Shown here one piece after another: positions 11,525-23,603 of a stretch of 27,551 nucleotides of DNA. The position numbers were made by a program, and so were the translations under genes. Positions within the stretch are counted from its first letter, which is position 1; every line of letters starts with the position of its first letter. Below the pieces are notes generated by a model. That model did no database searches. It was not told where the DNA came from and saw only the letters and a list, made by a program, of their open reading frames with translations. The DNA comes from Chiloscyllium plagiosum. Lineage: Eukaryota. The DNA lies in assembly GCF_004010195.1 (NCBI RefSeq), contig NC_057751.1, forward strand, positions 5,635,223 through 5,662,773, given 5' to 3'.

Positions 11525-11662
11525 ATGAAGCAGGGTCACTGACTCAAAACATTAACTCTGTTTTCTCTGCACAGGTGTTGTCAGACCTGCTGAGTTTCTC
11601 TCCCATTTTCGTTTGTGTTTGTTTCTGAATACCAGCATCCGCAGTTCTTTGCTTTATTATAA
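11525..11662 (+). mobile_element. Old Penelope-derived 3' terminal fragment
   Basis: Alignable to 18463-18600 (GGGTCACTG..AAACATTAACTCTG..TTTCTCT..ACAG..G..AGACC..GCTGAG). Confidence 0.6.
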
Positions 11663-12369
11663 AACCACGGATTCTTTGCCTCACAATTCCAGCCTAATAA
11701 CTGTCTTCAGACATGACCTGAGCTCACTCACAGAACGTCTGCTACCATTCTGCTGGGAACGTTTCGAATTTCAGTGGATGTTACAGAAAGATTTTGTGAT
11801 AATCCTCAATACATAACTGAAATTCTTGATAGTTATGACAGATCTAAATGCTACCCAAATTTAACGACTCGGCGGGAAGAAACAAACAGCTTGGGAGTCG
11901 ACTAGAAACTTAAGCTTTGCTTCACTTGACATCATGCACTCAGATGTTCATTGCTTCAAAGTTGGAGGCATTTCACAATACACAAGTGCTGAAGCGTACT
12001 CAACCTTCCAAACGTACTTTTAAAATTCAGTAAATTAAATACAAAAACTGTGTTCATCATACAAAGAACAATGAAAATATATACTTCAGGGAATCTGAAT
12101 AATAGGACTTGTTAAAAAATTGCTTTGTTGCAAAGAGGACGGTGTTCAGCGAGGGAAACGCTCCAGCTCTTGCTTGTGTGCACGGAGCATTGATCACTGA
12201 CAGGTCTCCAATTCAGAAGTTGATTTCAGCCACTTCAGAACCCGACAAAACGTGCAGCTCTTAGAAACACTGTCTGAAGTTCAGTTTGCATGAAATGGGC
12301 AAACGCATCCGTGATACATGCCTCCGATTCTAAATAATTTCAATGTGAAGTGTTGTACACTGTGTCAGC

Positions 12370-13122
12370 AATGGCCAAGTTGGAAACATTCTTGCCTCAG
12401 AGTGACCAGGTTCGAGGTTCAAGTCCTGTTCCAGGTCGAGAGGTCAAACATCCAGGGTGCCTCGTTGCTGCATTAATGAGAGGCCTCTGCACTGACAGAG
12501 GTGTTGTCAATCAGACGAGAAGTGAAAGGTCTCAATATGTTTCAAAGAACAGTCAGGGTGTTATGCCTGGTACCCTGGTCAATATTTATCCCCTAATTCT
12601 CACAAGGCCTCACAAAGACACATTAATAGCATTTTTTTTTAGATTAGATTAGATTACATTACAGTGTGGAAACAGGCCCTTCGGCCCAACAAGTCCACAC
12701 CGCCCCGCCGAAGCGCAACCCACCCATACCCCTACATTTACCCCTTACCTAACACTACGGGCAATTTAGCATGGCCAATTCACCTGACCTGCACATCTTT
12801 GGACTGTGGGAGGAAACCGGAGCACCCGGAGGAAACCCACGCAGACACGGGGAGAACGTGCAAACTCCACACAGTCAGTCGCCTGAGGCGGGTATTGAAC
12901 CCGGGTCTCTGGCGCTGTGAGGCAGCAGTGCTAACCACTGTGCCACCGTGCCGCCCACCATTTACTACATTGTGACTCATGGGAACTTACTATGCACAGA
13001 CTGGCTGTTTCCTGTATGACAAGTGCCATCACCAGTCCAAAACGACTCAAACATGGGGTCAAGTGTCTCACCTTCTGGTCAGTGTGGTATGCTCCACATA
13101 AATGTAAGCCTTCTGTTCTTTT
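12370..13122 (+). mobile_element. Degenerate DeuSINE (SacSINE1/AmnSINE1-like) split by a younger V-SINE
   Basis: B-box-like GGTTCAAGTCC near 12416; CCTGGTCAATATTTATCCC; after the insert CATTG..GGGAACTTACTATGCACAGACTGGCTG; 3' ATAAATGTAAG..TTCTTTT. Resembles the recalled Deu-domain consensus. Confidence 0.55.
12632..12956 (-). mobile_element. tRNA-derived V-SINE (HE1-like), young full-length copy
   Basis: Reverse complement nearly identical to 10658-10965; (TAATC)n plus A-tail at 12632-12660. Confidence 0.93.
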
Positions 13123-13191
13123 TACATATTATTTGCAGCAGGACAACAGTCCCTTTGGCTCTCGGAGGACATGATTTATGAATTCCTCATT

Positions 13192-13356
13192 ATCTGAAAT
13201 GAAAACATACATTGCTGGAGGAACTCAGCAGGTCTGTCAGCATTTGTGGTGAAAAAGCAGAGTCAATTTTTCAGGTGCAGTGACCCTTCATCAGAGGTTC
13301 TCCAGGAATTTCTGATTTTGTTTCAGATTCCCAGCAACTGCAGTTCTTGGCTTTGT
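13192..13356. mobile_element. Old fold-back Penelope-derived fragment
   Basis: Minus-strand arm with CTGATGA-A-GGGT-CACTGC-ACCT-GAAA (about 13269-13294), followed by a plus-strand 3' piece TCTCCAGG..TTTCAGATTCCCAGCA..CTGCAGTTCTT. Confidence 0.6.
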
Positions 13357-13928
13357 CCTCACTTCTGGTCACCAGCCAAATGCAGGACTGAATTCCAGCA
13401 CGCCTTTCCCAACAAAGGCAACATGCAACACCCACCAAATTTCAAGCCAGACAAGATCCCATCGCCAAAATTAAATATCAGCCATTTTCTTCACACCAAC
13501 TCTTGGAAACAACCTGACTGCTTTAATGAGTTCCAACAGGTTAACTCTTTGCCTCTTTGAAAAGAATACTGCATTAGGATCTTGTTCAAATATGATCACA
13601 TTAAATCCAACCCTTTGTTTCATTAGAGAGCTATACCTCTTTGGTTTAACAAAAAGTTGAGATTATCCATGTTTGACGATGTTTCACTCAGAGTCAGGCT
13701 GCTCTGGACAGGTGTGTCTTGGTCTTTACCGGGCAAAGTACAATAAGGAGAACCGAAACATCCTCTGCAGCTGCAAGTCTACGTTCAGACGGTTGTGTTA
13801 CCTATACATTGTCAGGCTACAGGCCAACTCCTTGTTGGAGGAGAAGAGTTTGGAGGAACACTGGGAAAATCCAATTGTTGTAGTTCACATCAGAACCAAA
13901 AACAGGTAGAATGAAGAAAGACACGAGC

Positions 13929-15092
13929 GATTTTTGAGAAGATTTGTAGCTCAGGTTGAGGTTCTGGACGCAAGTTTGTTCGCTAAGCTGGAAGATTGAT
14001 TTACAGACATTTCATGACCATAATAAGTAACATTATCAGTGAGCCTCCAATGAAGCGCTGGCTTTTTGCCCCACTTTCTAGTTATGTCTTGGTTTCTTCA
14101 GGTGGGTGATATCATTTCTGGTTCTTTGTCTCAGAGGATGGTAAATGAGGTCCAAGTTAAACAAAGAGACCTTGGAGTGCAAGTTCATAGCTCCTTGAAA
14201 GTGGAGTCACAGGTAAATAGGATAGTGAAGAAGGCATTTGGTATGCTTTCCTTTATTGATCAGAGTATTGAGTACAGGAGTTGGGAGGTCATGTTGCAGC
14301 TGTACAGGACATTGGTTAGGCCAGTGTTGGGATATTGCGTGCAATTCTGGTCACCTTCCTATTGGAAAGATGTTGTGAAACTTGAAATGGTTCAGAAAAG
14401 ATTTACAAGGATGTTGCCAGAGTTGGAGGATTTAAGCTATAGGGAGAGGCTGAACAGGCTGGGGTTGTTTTCCCTGGAGCATCGGAGGCTGAGGGGTGAG
14501 CTTATGGAGGTTTACAAAATTAGGAAGGGCATGGATCGGACAAATAGGCAAAGTCTTTCCCCTGGGGTCGGGGAGTCCAGAACCAGAGGGCATAGGTTTA
14601 GGGTGAGAAGGGAAAGATATGAAAGAGACCTAAGGGGCAACTTTTTCACACAGAGGGTGGTACAGGTATGGAATGAGCTGCAAACCAAATGTAAAATGGT
14701 GCAATTGCAACATTTAAGAGGCATTTGGATGGGTATATGAATAGGAAGGGTTTGGAGGGATATGGGCCGGGTGCTGGCAGGTGGGACTAGATTGGGTTGG
14801 GATATCTGATCGGCATGGACGGGTTGGACCGAAGGACCTGTTTTCATGCTGTACATCTCTATGACTCTATGACGTGTTTATTAAGGAGCTCCGGTTAGAA
14901 TGCCATGCTTCTAGAATACCAACTAGTCACCCACCCTATGATATCAACCACCCTAAGGAAACCAAGACATACAAACAGAAAACAGGACAAAACACCAGCA
15001 CTTCACCGGAGGCTCACTGATAATGTTATCTAGTATGGTGATGAAACATTTGAAAACGAACCTTCCAGCTCAGTGAGTAAACTTACATTCAA
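13929..15092. mobile_element. Penelope-like element (same family as 5584-6100) with inverted arms and a nested CR1
   Basis: 13929-14157 and 14873-14915 are the reverse complement of 5847-6086-type sequence. About 14935-15092 is the plus-strand 3' terminal region. Both arms have the same CTGATAA core variant. Confidence 0.8.
14159..14872 (+). mobile_element. CR1 LINE 3' fragment
   Basis: Open frame QRDLGVQVHSSLK..LYRTLVRPVLGYCVQFWSP..RRLRGELMEVYKI..FFTQRVV; tail TCTATGACTCTATGA. Confidence 0.93.
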
Positions 15093-16109
15093 GGAGACAC
15101 TCTCCAGAAAGAGCTTGAGTGTTTACGCCATCAATCAAAAAAAAACCTCAAAAAGTGACAGATTATTCTGATAGAACAAGTGATATAGGGAAAAGGAGAT
15201 CCAACACCTGCATGTCTGTGGATGTTGCATCGCCGAAATTCCATGCACAGATACCAATACCATTATGACAGGGGGTCATTCTTAAGCCCAAGCTGCTAAC
15301 TTGTTGTGGCACATGTGGCAAGACTTACATGTTATAACTGACACGTCCTGAGCATTTCTGGGGATAGGATATTAGCAGAATGGGCAGACAATAGAAGATC
15401 TCAGAAAATCCATAACAAACAGAAAGGTCAAGTGTCAATCCATTCTGTCAATTCTGTAACTATTTCACACTAATTCAGTATCAAATACAAATCACCATTA
15501 GGATTTCTGTTTGTCCTGGATTGAAGCCATTCATTTCTTCTGTATTTTGATGTGATATTTCACATTTGGTTTGAGTACAAGCTGCAATTATTTGATCAGA
15601 AGAATGATGTCCTCTGAAGTGGGGACAACTTCTGATGCACTTAACTGCTTACAAGATACTAGAACCTGCCCAATAACGACTGGAGGTCTTTCATCAACAC
15701 CAGGCAAAGACCTGACCACAAATATCCCTGGGGTGTATCACAAGCAAGATTTGAGAATGAGAAGACTGACTAATTGCGAGAAAAGAGGTTGTGTGTAGTT
15801 ATGGAAAGGGCCAGCAATGCTCAAATCAGTCAGGGTTAGAAAGAAAGAATGATGAACCTTTGAGTGGAACTCCACACTGACCTAACTCTAGATTTCAGCT
15901 GTGGAACAACCTATTCCTATTTGCAAGAAAAACTATCACTGAGGAACTGGCAAAGCAACACTGAGTGTTGATCTCTCATTCACTGGAGAAGGCAAGCAGA
16001 CATTTCCTTGCTTCATAGCAGCTCACGAGAAAGCATTGAGAGTCCAATATAATCACAAGATAAAAGCATTAAGCCAATCGAAACAAAACTAACGATTCAA
16101 GTCAATGAC

Positions 16110-16242
16110 CTTTAGAAAAGTAATGGACTTGAAACATCAGCTCTGTTTCTCTCTTCACAGATGCCACCAAACCTGTTGATTATTTCCATCAGTTTCTATT
16201 TTTCATTTCAGATTTGCACGATCTGCAGTGTTTTGACTTTGC
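16110..16242 (+). mobile_element. Old Penelope-derived 3' terminal fragment
   Basis: GAAACATCAGCTCTGTTTCTCTCTTCACAGATGCC..ACCTG..TTTCAGATTTGC..ATCTGCAGT, similar to 11525 and 18480. Confidence 0.55.
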
Positions 16243-16427
16243 TTGTGTGTGAAGTATCCTTCCCTGCAAGTCCAGAAATGAAGAAATTTGACTTGACAAA
16301 TTTACTGTGGGTGACCCACCCAGGAACATGACCTGAGGTGTTGCATGGCTGCAGCAAATGTTCACTGAGTTGCTTAGCATTGTCAAAGTTCATTGCTGAG
16401 GTATATGGAATGAAATACAAACACTTA

Positions 16428-16583
<156 letters not shown>

Positions 16584-17586
16584 TCACCACTGAGCTTTTG
16601 TACCTCAAGCTGCCCCACACACATGTTTTAAATGAACAACTCTCTCGAATAAACCCAACGTACGTTTACTGCATCAAAACCCCATCAATTCTGTCGTTGT
16701 CTTTTCCGAATGCAGCTCACCACCCTCACGGCCTGAGTCTAGACAGTGGGTGCCAGTGGGAATTGCAGCCCTATTCAACTTGTTTAGTTAAAGTCACTGA
16801 ACAGCAATAAGGACAAAGAAAAACCCTTGGTTACTTCACATCTGCCAATGCACCATAGATCAGTGCACATGTCTGTAACCTTCCTGATTTGTATACCACA
16901 GGATTGGTGTAGCCTATGCCCTTAGCAACTCAGCCTCTCTGGAATCCAGCGAAGTTCAGCCTTTTTCCAAATATAAGTGCACTTGCTGTAAAAACAGGCA
17001 TCTGCAAAATGGGTCAAGACAGTGCTTCAGGGTTAGAATCTTGAGGAGACCAGGATAACATACCACATACCAAGGCAGCACCCATGATTTATCACACTGG
17101 GGAGACAGAAAGATGTATGGCTTCATCTTGTCACAGAATACATGCTCATGGTTCAATATACTGGGGCAACTCGGGGGTAGGCGATGGAGAGAGTAACACT
17201 GCCTCTTTATAAGGCCAGACACTGATTCATACTCTCAGTCTATTATAGCTGGCAGAGTGGGAGGTAGACCCCACTACACATATGCAGAAGCTTGCTTTGT
17301 ATTCACAACTCACCGCTAATGGCAGTGGGAGGAGTTCGCTTTTCGGGCACAATTCATTACACCAAGGGAAGATGACAAGATAAGTATTGCGTACTACCAA
17401 GTACAGAAGCACTCGGTTTCTGACACTTCACCAAACAGTCAAAATCTTCAGGTACTTTTTAACCATTTAAATCACTTGGTTACACAGGGGAGAACAAAAC
17501 TAATTCTCCCCACCTTTGGTAAATCTTGCATTCCGGACAGAGGCAATTTAAAAAAAAAATCTGATTTAATCGGTCCCACTTGTTCA

Positions 17587-17865
<279 letters not shown>

Positions 17866-18060
17866 TTAAAGTCCACCAGACCCCCACTTCACAAAACAAT
17901 CCCCACATACCTCACTCAGCTCAAGAAAGTGTACAAACTTAGCAGCTTTTTAGCTTTCAAAGAAAGCAACGGTGAAAAGGCTCAAGATAGTAAACGCGCA
18001 AGAAATGGTAAAGATGGAATACTATTATTAAGCTCGGCTGTGAGAGCAAGACAAGTGACA

Positions 18061-18600
18061 CGACACTTCCGCTTGAGAACTTGAAAGCCTTCTGGACTCA
18101 ATATTGAAGTCAACAACTTTAGGGCTTGAGCTCTCCCATGTCCTTACCCCAACTCCATAAATCAGGCCATGTTATCACATGGTCAGCTATTACACATAAC
18201 CCATTGTTAGCCCCGAACAGTCCCCATGAGCAGTTATTCACCTTCTTTGCCAGATTGTTATCTATTCTCTTGTCTTCTCTGGTGCTCTGAAAGCTAGTGC
18301 TTCCAATTAAACCTGTTGGACTACAACCTGGTGTTGTGTGATTTGTAACTTTGTCTGTCCAACTACTCTTTGGGCTCTATCCCGACCGATCATTTACTCC
18401 TTACCCCCTCCCCCTATCCTACCTTCTGCGCATAAACTAACATTTCCTTGCTACCATCAGTTCTAAGGAAGGGTCACTGGACCAGAAACATTAACTCTGA
18501 TTTCTCTCCACAGATGCTACCAGACCGGCTGAGCTTTTCCAGCAATTTAGTTCTTGTTTGTGATTTACGGCATTCACAGTTCTTTCAGTTTTTATTTGAC
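18061..18600 (+). mobile_element. Penelope-like (Neptune-type) 3' end: ORF terminus, pyrimidine-rich UTR, hammerhead relic
   Basis: RHFRLRT*KPSGLNIEVNNFRA* resembles the FRLGTL.P.GLN.EF.NF end of PLE GIY-YIG domains. Core relic AGTT-CTAAGGA-A-GGGTCACTGGACCA-GAAAC-ATT-AACT at 18459-18496. A short piece of another family is nested at about 18280-18352. Confidence 0.7.
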
Positions 18601-19504
18601 ACAATGCTCGAATTAGTGTGCTGTTTAAAAGGTCACCCATCCTGAAGAACTTCTTGCCTGAATGCATGCTATCCACTTGGAAGAGGTATGGATGAGCTGC
18701 AATGTGTCAAACTGTCTCCAATGTCTGGATTCCGTTGACAACTCATGAGAGAAAGATGCGATGGTCAGAGAGGAGTCAGCACAGGGGAAGGGAAAGCACC
18801 ACTGATTAAAATTTCCCTGTTTATGCAAAGAAAGAAAGAATAGAATCATCACAGCAATCTTTCTGCTTCAGCCTTGCCATTGGGATGGGAGGGTTTGGTA
18901 CGACAGGCAGCTTTCCTAACAGTCAGAAAACGAGGCAAGGCTTCAACTTGGGACTAACTCGAATACTAACTGTGAATAACCTTATGGCCCACACTTTCCC
19001 CTGCTCACCTGACCTGCCTCGCCCAAACCAACATCAGCACCACCCTTTCTTTTCTTTCTTTCTGCTGCAGCACCAGTTTGTAAGAGAATATCATGGCCCA
19101 GCAAGTCCAGCATTATACAGTATTTTGAAAATGAAAGTACAAGTGGCTCATGTCATACAACTCAAATTCCCCTCCAGATCACAGAGGAAGGTGGCTGCAG
19201 GAGGAATCAAACTCAAAAAGATGTGCCAGGTTGTGTCCAAAGTCTATAAATGTAACAGCAGTGTATTGCAGCAAGAACAAGAGTGGGTGTTGCCAAATGG
19301 AATCTGGTTGAAAACTGATCCTGTTGTGCAGCTTGCAATCCAGAGGAATGCCACATGAAAAGCAATTTGACAAACCACAAGAGGATTGGAATGCAGCTGT
19401 AACGTCACAAAGTGCATTCGGTTGCTAAACAATGAGATTGTATTGGAGAGGAGTAGACCACACATTATACTGTCAGACAGAACCCTGGTACCTGGCAACA
19501 AAAT

Positions 19505-19638
19505 GGTACACTGTGCGCAGTTTTATTTTCCTTGCCTCAGGGAGGATGCGCCAGCTATGGAGGGCGTGCTGTGAAGGTTAATCAGACTGATTCCTGAGAT
19601 GGCAGGGCTGACATATGAAGAGAAACTAGATCAGTTAG
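19505..19638 (+). mobile_element. CR1 ORF2 C-terminal fragment, old
   Basis: HCAQFYFPCLREDAPAMEGVL..RLIPEMAGLTYEEKLDQL resembles YCVQFWSP..RKD..ALE.VQ..RLIP.M.GL.YEERL. Confidence 0.7.
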
Positions 19639-19780
19639 AAATTACACAACACCAGGTTATAGTCCAACAGGTTTAACTGGAAGCACACTAGCCTCCAATT
19701 AAACCTGTTGGACTATAACTTGGTGTTGTGTGATTTTTAACTTTGTACACCCAGTCCAACACCGGTATCTCCAAATCATG
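19639..19780. mobile_element. Short fold-back insertion of another family, probably Penelope-derived
   Basis: 10-bp direct repeat GATCAGTTAG at 19629-19638 and 19781-19790. 43-bp imperfect inverted arms 19639-19681/19694-19736. Same family at about 18280-18352. Confidence 0.75.
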
Positions 19781-20099
19781 GATCAGTTAGGAAATTATGG
19801 TTGATGGGAAATGGTTGATGAGTGAATCACTCCACTTTTATTTCCATGTTGCAAATCTTTTTTGACAAGAATATACAACTGTGTTGTAAGTATTACCACT
19901 GTTAGCAAAAACAGGTTCCAGAGAGAAAAAAAAAGTCAACTTGTGCTTGCAAGATGTCACAGCCTAGCCGTGAGAGAAAAGCTGCCACCTCTGCCCACTC
20001 CTTCCCCAGTCACCCAACTTCAAGTATTCCTGCAAAGCCAGGCAGCTGTTATTGCACTTCAAAGAAGTGAATACGCAAGAGAAGTCTCCCTTACATCAT

Positions 20100-20240
20100 T
20101 AAAGCAAAATATTTTGGACACTGGAAACCTGGCATGAAAGCAGAAGTGCTGGAGAAAACTCAGCAGGCCTGGCAGCATGTGTGGAGAGAGAGAAACTGGG
20201 TGAATGTTTCAAGTCCTGGACGATAATCTTTCAGAACTGA
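20100..20240 (-). mobile_element. Old Penelope-derived 3' terminal fragment
   Basis: AAAGCAAAATA..GCTGGAGAAAACTCAGCAGGCCTGGCAGCATGTGTGGAGAGAGA..AATGTTTC is the reverse complement of the 11525/18480 family. Confidence 0.6.
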
Positions 20241-20266
20241 AACAGTATAGAAATGTGAGGATTGAA

Positions 20267-20542
20267 GAATCATTGTCAGAGGCCCTTCAGTCCATCATGT
20301 CGATGCCAAGCAACATACACCAAATAACACTAATCCCCGTTTACCTGCACTTTATCTACAACCCTATTATGCCCTGGCATTTTAAGTGCTCATCTAGATG
20401 CTTCTTACATGTTGCGAGAATACTTACCTGCACCACATTCTCAGGCAGCACATTCCGTGTGTCTACCACCCTCTGGTGAAAAGGTTTTTCCACAGGTCTC
20501 CTTTGAATCACTTGCTCCTCACCTTAAACTCATGCCCACTGA
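20267..20542 (-). mobile_element. CR1 3' end fragment, old
   Basis: Similar to the reverse complement of 14590-14860 (CACCTTAAAC, ACCACCCTCTGGTGAAAA, GGCCCTTCAGTCC). Confidence 0.7.
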
Positions 20543-20680
20543 CCTTCAAATATGAGGGGTTTTAAACTTTGAAGAGGGTGAGAAAAGAAGAACAAAAGGG
20601 ACGTTTTGGGTTTATGTGGACAGCTGGACAGAAATGACAAAGATGTCAAAGAACATAAGGAAAATGCAAAAGTCCTTGCA

Positions 20681-21029
20681 GTCATAGAATGCTTACAGTG
20701 AAGAAGCAGGCCATTCGGCCCATCGAATCCATACCTCCCCTCAGAAGAACATTCCACCCACATCCACCCTCCCCTACCGTATCCCTGCCTTTCCATGGCT
20801 CATTCACCTAGCCTGCACATCCCTGGACACTATGGGCAATTTAGCATGGTCAATCTACTTAACCTGCACACCTTTGGACTGTGCGAGGAAACTTGAGCAC
20901 CTGGAGGAAATCCACACAGACGTGCAGAGAATGCGCAAACTCCACACGGTCAGTCGCCCGAGGGTGGAATCAAACTTGGGTCCCTGGCACTGTGAGGCAG
21001 CAATGCTAACCACTGAGCCACTCTGCTGC
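20681..21029 (-). mobile_element. tRNA-derived V-SINE, diverged
   Basis: Alignable to 12632-12956 (GGGCAATTTAGCATGG..GAGGAAA..CAAACTCCACAC..TGCTAACCACTG). Confidence 0.88.
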
Positions 21030-21499
21030 TCGGAAACAAACAAAGCAGTTGCCCAGACCAAATGTCCACAACAGGATAATGAACAGTTCTGGCTCGAAGC
21101 AAAAACATAAATGACACATGTAAGACTGTGCTCGTGCTCAAAAAACAGGGGACGGAGTTCAGGGTTTGACACTATTAAACTTCATGATGACAGTTGAAGA
21201 TTGTAAAATGCCAGGTCGGAAGATGAGGTTCTGCCCCTCAAGCTTTGAGTTTTGCTGGAACTGTGCTGCATGCTGAGAACAGAAATGTGAGTGCGATGCA
21301 AGGTGATGAATTGGAGTGGTTAGGGACCGGAAGCTTGGGGTCACATGAATGGATTGATAAAAAAAAACAGACTGCAATCAGCCAACCAATGTGCTTTTGG
21401 TCTCACTCATGTCGAAAGCCAGCATTGCGAGTCGCAAATACAGAACACAAAAGAAAAACATGGACAAATAAATCACTGCTTCAGTTGTGAAGACTTTTT

Positions 21500-21990
21500 G
21501 GAGCCTTGGAGGGCAGGTGTGACATCTTTTTCATGTGCATGGAAAGGTGCAATAGTGACAGCATGAATTATTGTAGGTGTTTCTAGTTGGGTGGGATGCC
21601 ACAGTCAATTTGCCAATGCAGTGGATGCATCATACAAGGCAGCTTGGGAACTGTACCACGACAAAAAGGTCGAGTGCGGTGCAACAATCTAAGAGGTTTG
21701 ATGAGAGAACGCGATGTGCAGCCGAGGATTGAAACATCTGGACAGGTCACCCAAATCGAGTTCAAGTGTTAGATCTGAAAAGAGTGGCTTGAAAAGAGAG
21801 GAAGGAAAGCAAGCTGAACAGGTGATTGTCTCAGGGCTGAGAACTGAAGCAACTGGAGGCGTGGCAGATGCACATGGTGCAGGAGTTCAATTCAAGTCCA
21901 AGGAATGGCACAACAGGCCTAAAATTCCCCAAATGTGTGTTCCCAAATTCAGTAACTTGCTGAGGGAAGATTAGGTCATGAGCTTCAATA
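21500..21990 (-). mobile_element. Possible very old LINE (L2-like) endonuclease-region remnant
   Basis: Purine-rich plus strand and a TH.WGN-like motif near 21920-21945 on the minus strand; no clean ORF. Confidence 0.3.
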
Positions 21991-23603
21991 GGAGCTGTTG
22001 TGCCATGACGTTCAAAGCAGTGATTATCACGATACTGGAACTGCATCTCTCCTGTCCTCTCTGTTCTGTAAAATTGATAAATGCAAAGCAAGGAAGGACA
22101 TTGAAAAAGAGGAAATCTGGTGTAGGCACTGCTGGGAAAACAGTACACTAATTAATATGAGTGAAAGCTCCAAAATCAAAATCAGATTGTGGTATTTCAC
22201 ATCCGTAGCCATGGTAACCTGCAATCACAATCCACTGCTCAAATAAAAAGTCTCAATCCAAACAGGATGATGGTACCTGCAATTCTGCACCCAGCCACTT
22301 CCTAATATTTGGGAGTTGTTCAGTGCAAGCTGCATGTGCCGCAAGGCAAAGGAGCAAGGGAAATCGTATAATTAAAAATGTAGGCAACTTTCGCAATTCT
22401 CTCCTCCAGTGGCTACCAGCAGAGGAGCCTGCCCAGAAATGTGATAAATGGCAGTATTTTGAACTGAGCTCCAGGATATCTATCATTCGTTTGCACAGGT
22501 CCTTGCATTATTCTTGTCCCAGATATCCTTACACTCACAAGCCAACCAAGGTATTCGCAGACCCAAAGAAAATCCAACTGGCTCTTAATAAAGCACAGGA
22601 GAAACTCTCCTCCAGGTGCACTGGAGAATGTAAATGCCCTTTCCAACAAGTAACTAACAGCAAGTGCAGACTGTGCAACACTGCAAATCACTGAACTTGC
22701 TGTTGGATAAAGAGCGCTGATCTCTATTGACTTAATTTGTAGTGTCCAATTCCTTTGTTTCTCCTTGTTTAGTAATTGTAGACTCTGTACAACATAGTAG
22801 AATCAGACACGACAGCAGTGCGCAGGGAAGAACAACATGTCAGGGTCTCTTTCCTGAGACAAACAAGCAAAATAAAATACTTGCGAAGATGTGATGACAT
22901 GTTGAGTACCAAACACTCACCCTCTCGAACCAAGGTTTCCAATAATGAGTGAACAAATGACAAGGCATAGCAATAATCTCACCAAGAACAAACAAAGCAA
23001 GAAATGAAGGGAAGCCTTGACCAGTGAACAAAATGCTGAACTCAGAAGCGCTTCTCATCTTGCAATGAATATTTTCAATCATTTACTTACAGAGGAAACT
23101 CCACATTGTAAAGGAAGTTTCCCAGAATTAGCCCCTTTCCGAATCGAATAGTTGACAAATATGAGGCCAAGAAACTTGCTGATTTCAGTCCAAACCAGAA
23201 TGCTTATGTTCCTCCACTCTCAGCTTGTATTTCAACAATGCAACCCAAAAGATTCCAAAGAACCGAAGTCAAAGCTTGAGCCTGCTGATGGGTCCTGTTA
23301 TTAATAGTTTTACGGTCACTGTAACAGACACTCACATTCAATTATTGATTTTCTTATATTAAAAGATACATTAGAGCAAGCTATTCTCAGTATCAGCGGC
23401 TGTGAAACTATCTTCAATTGTCGTTGAAACCCATCTGGCACATGGCTGTCCTTTAGGGAAGAAAACCTGCTGCTGACCCAGTTTGGCCTACATGTGATTC
23501 CAGAAGCACAGCGATGTGTTTGATTCTTCACCTCAATTTCAATGGCTGAACAAGTTGTATGAACTACAAATGGGCAACAAATGCTGACTTTGGCCATGAT
23601 ACA

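Noticed and set aside
14066..14740. 224-aa ORF as a host gene
   Set aside because: Chimera of antisense Penelope sequence and CR1 ORF2 C-terminus; lacks the RT active site.
18885..19358. 157-aa plus-strand ORF and other short ORFs
   Set aside because: No recognisable domain or splice context; compatible with chance ORFs in intron or repeat DNA.
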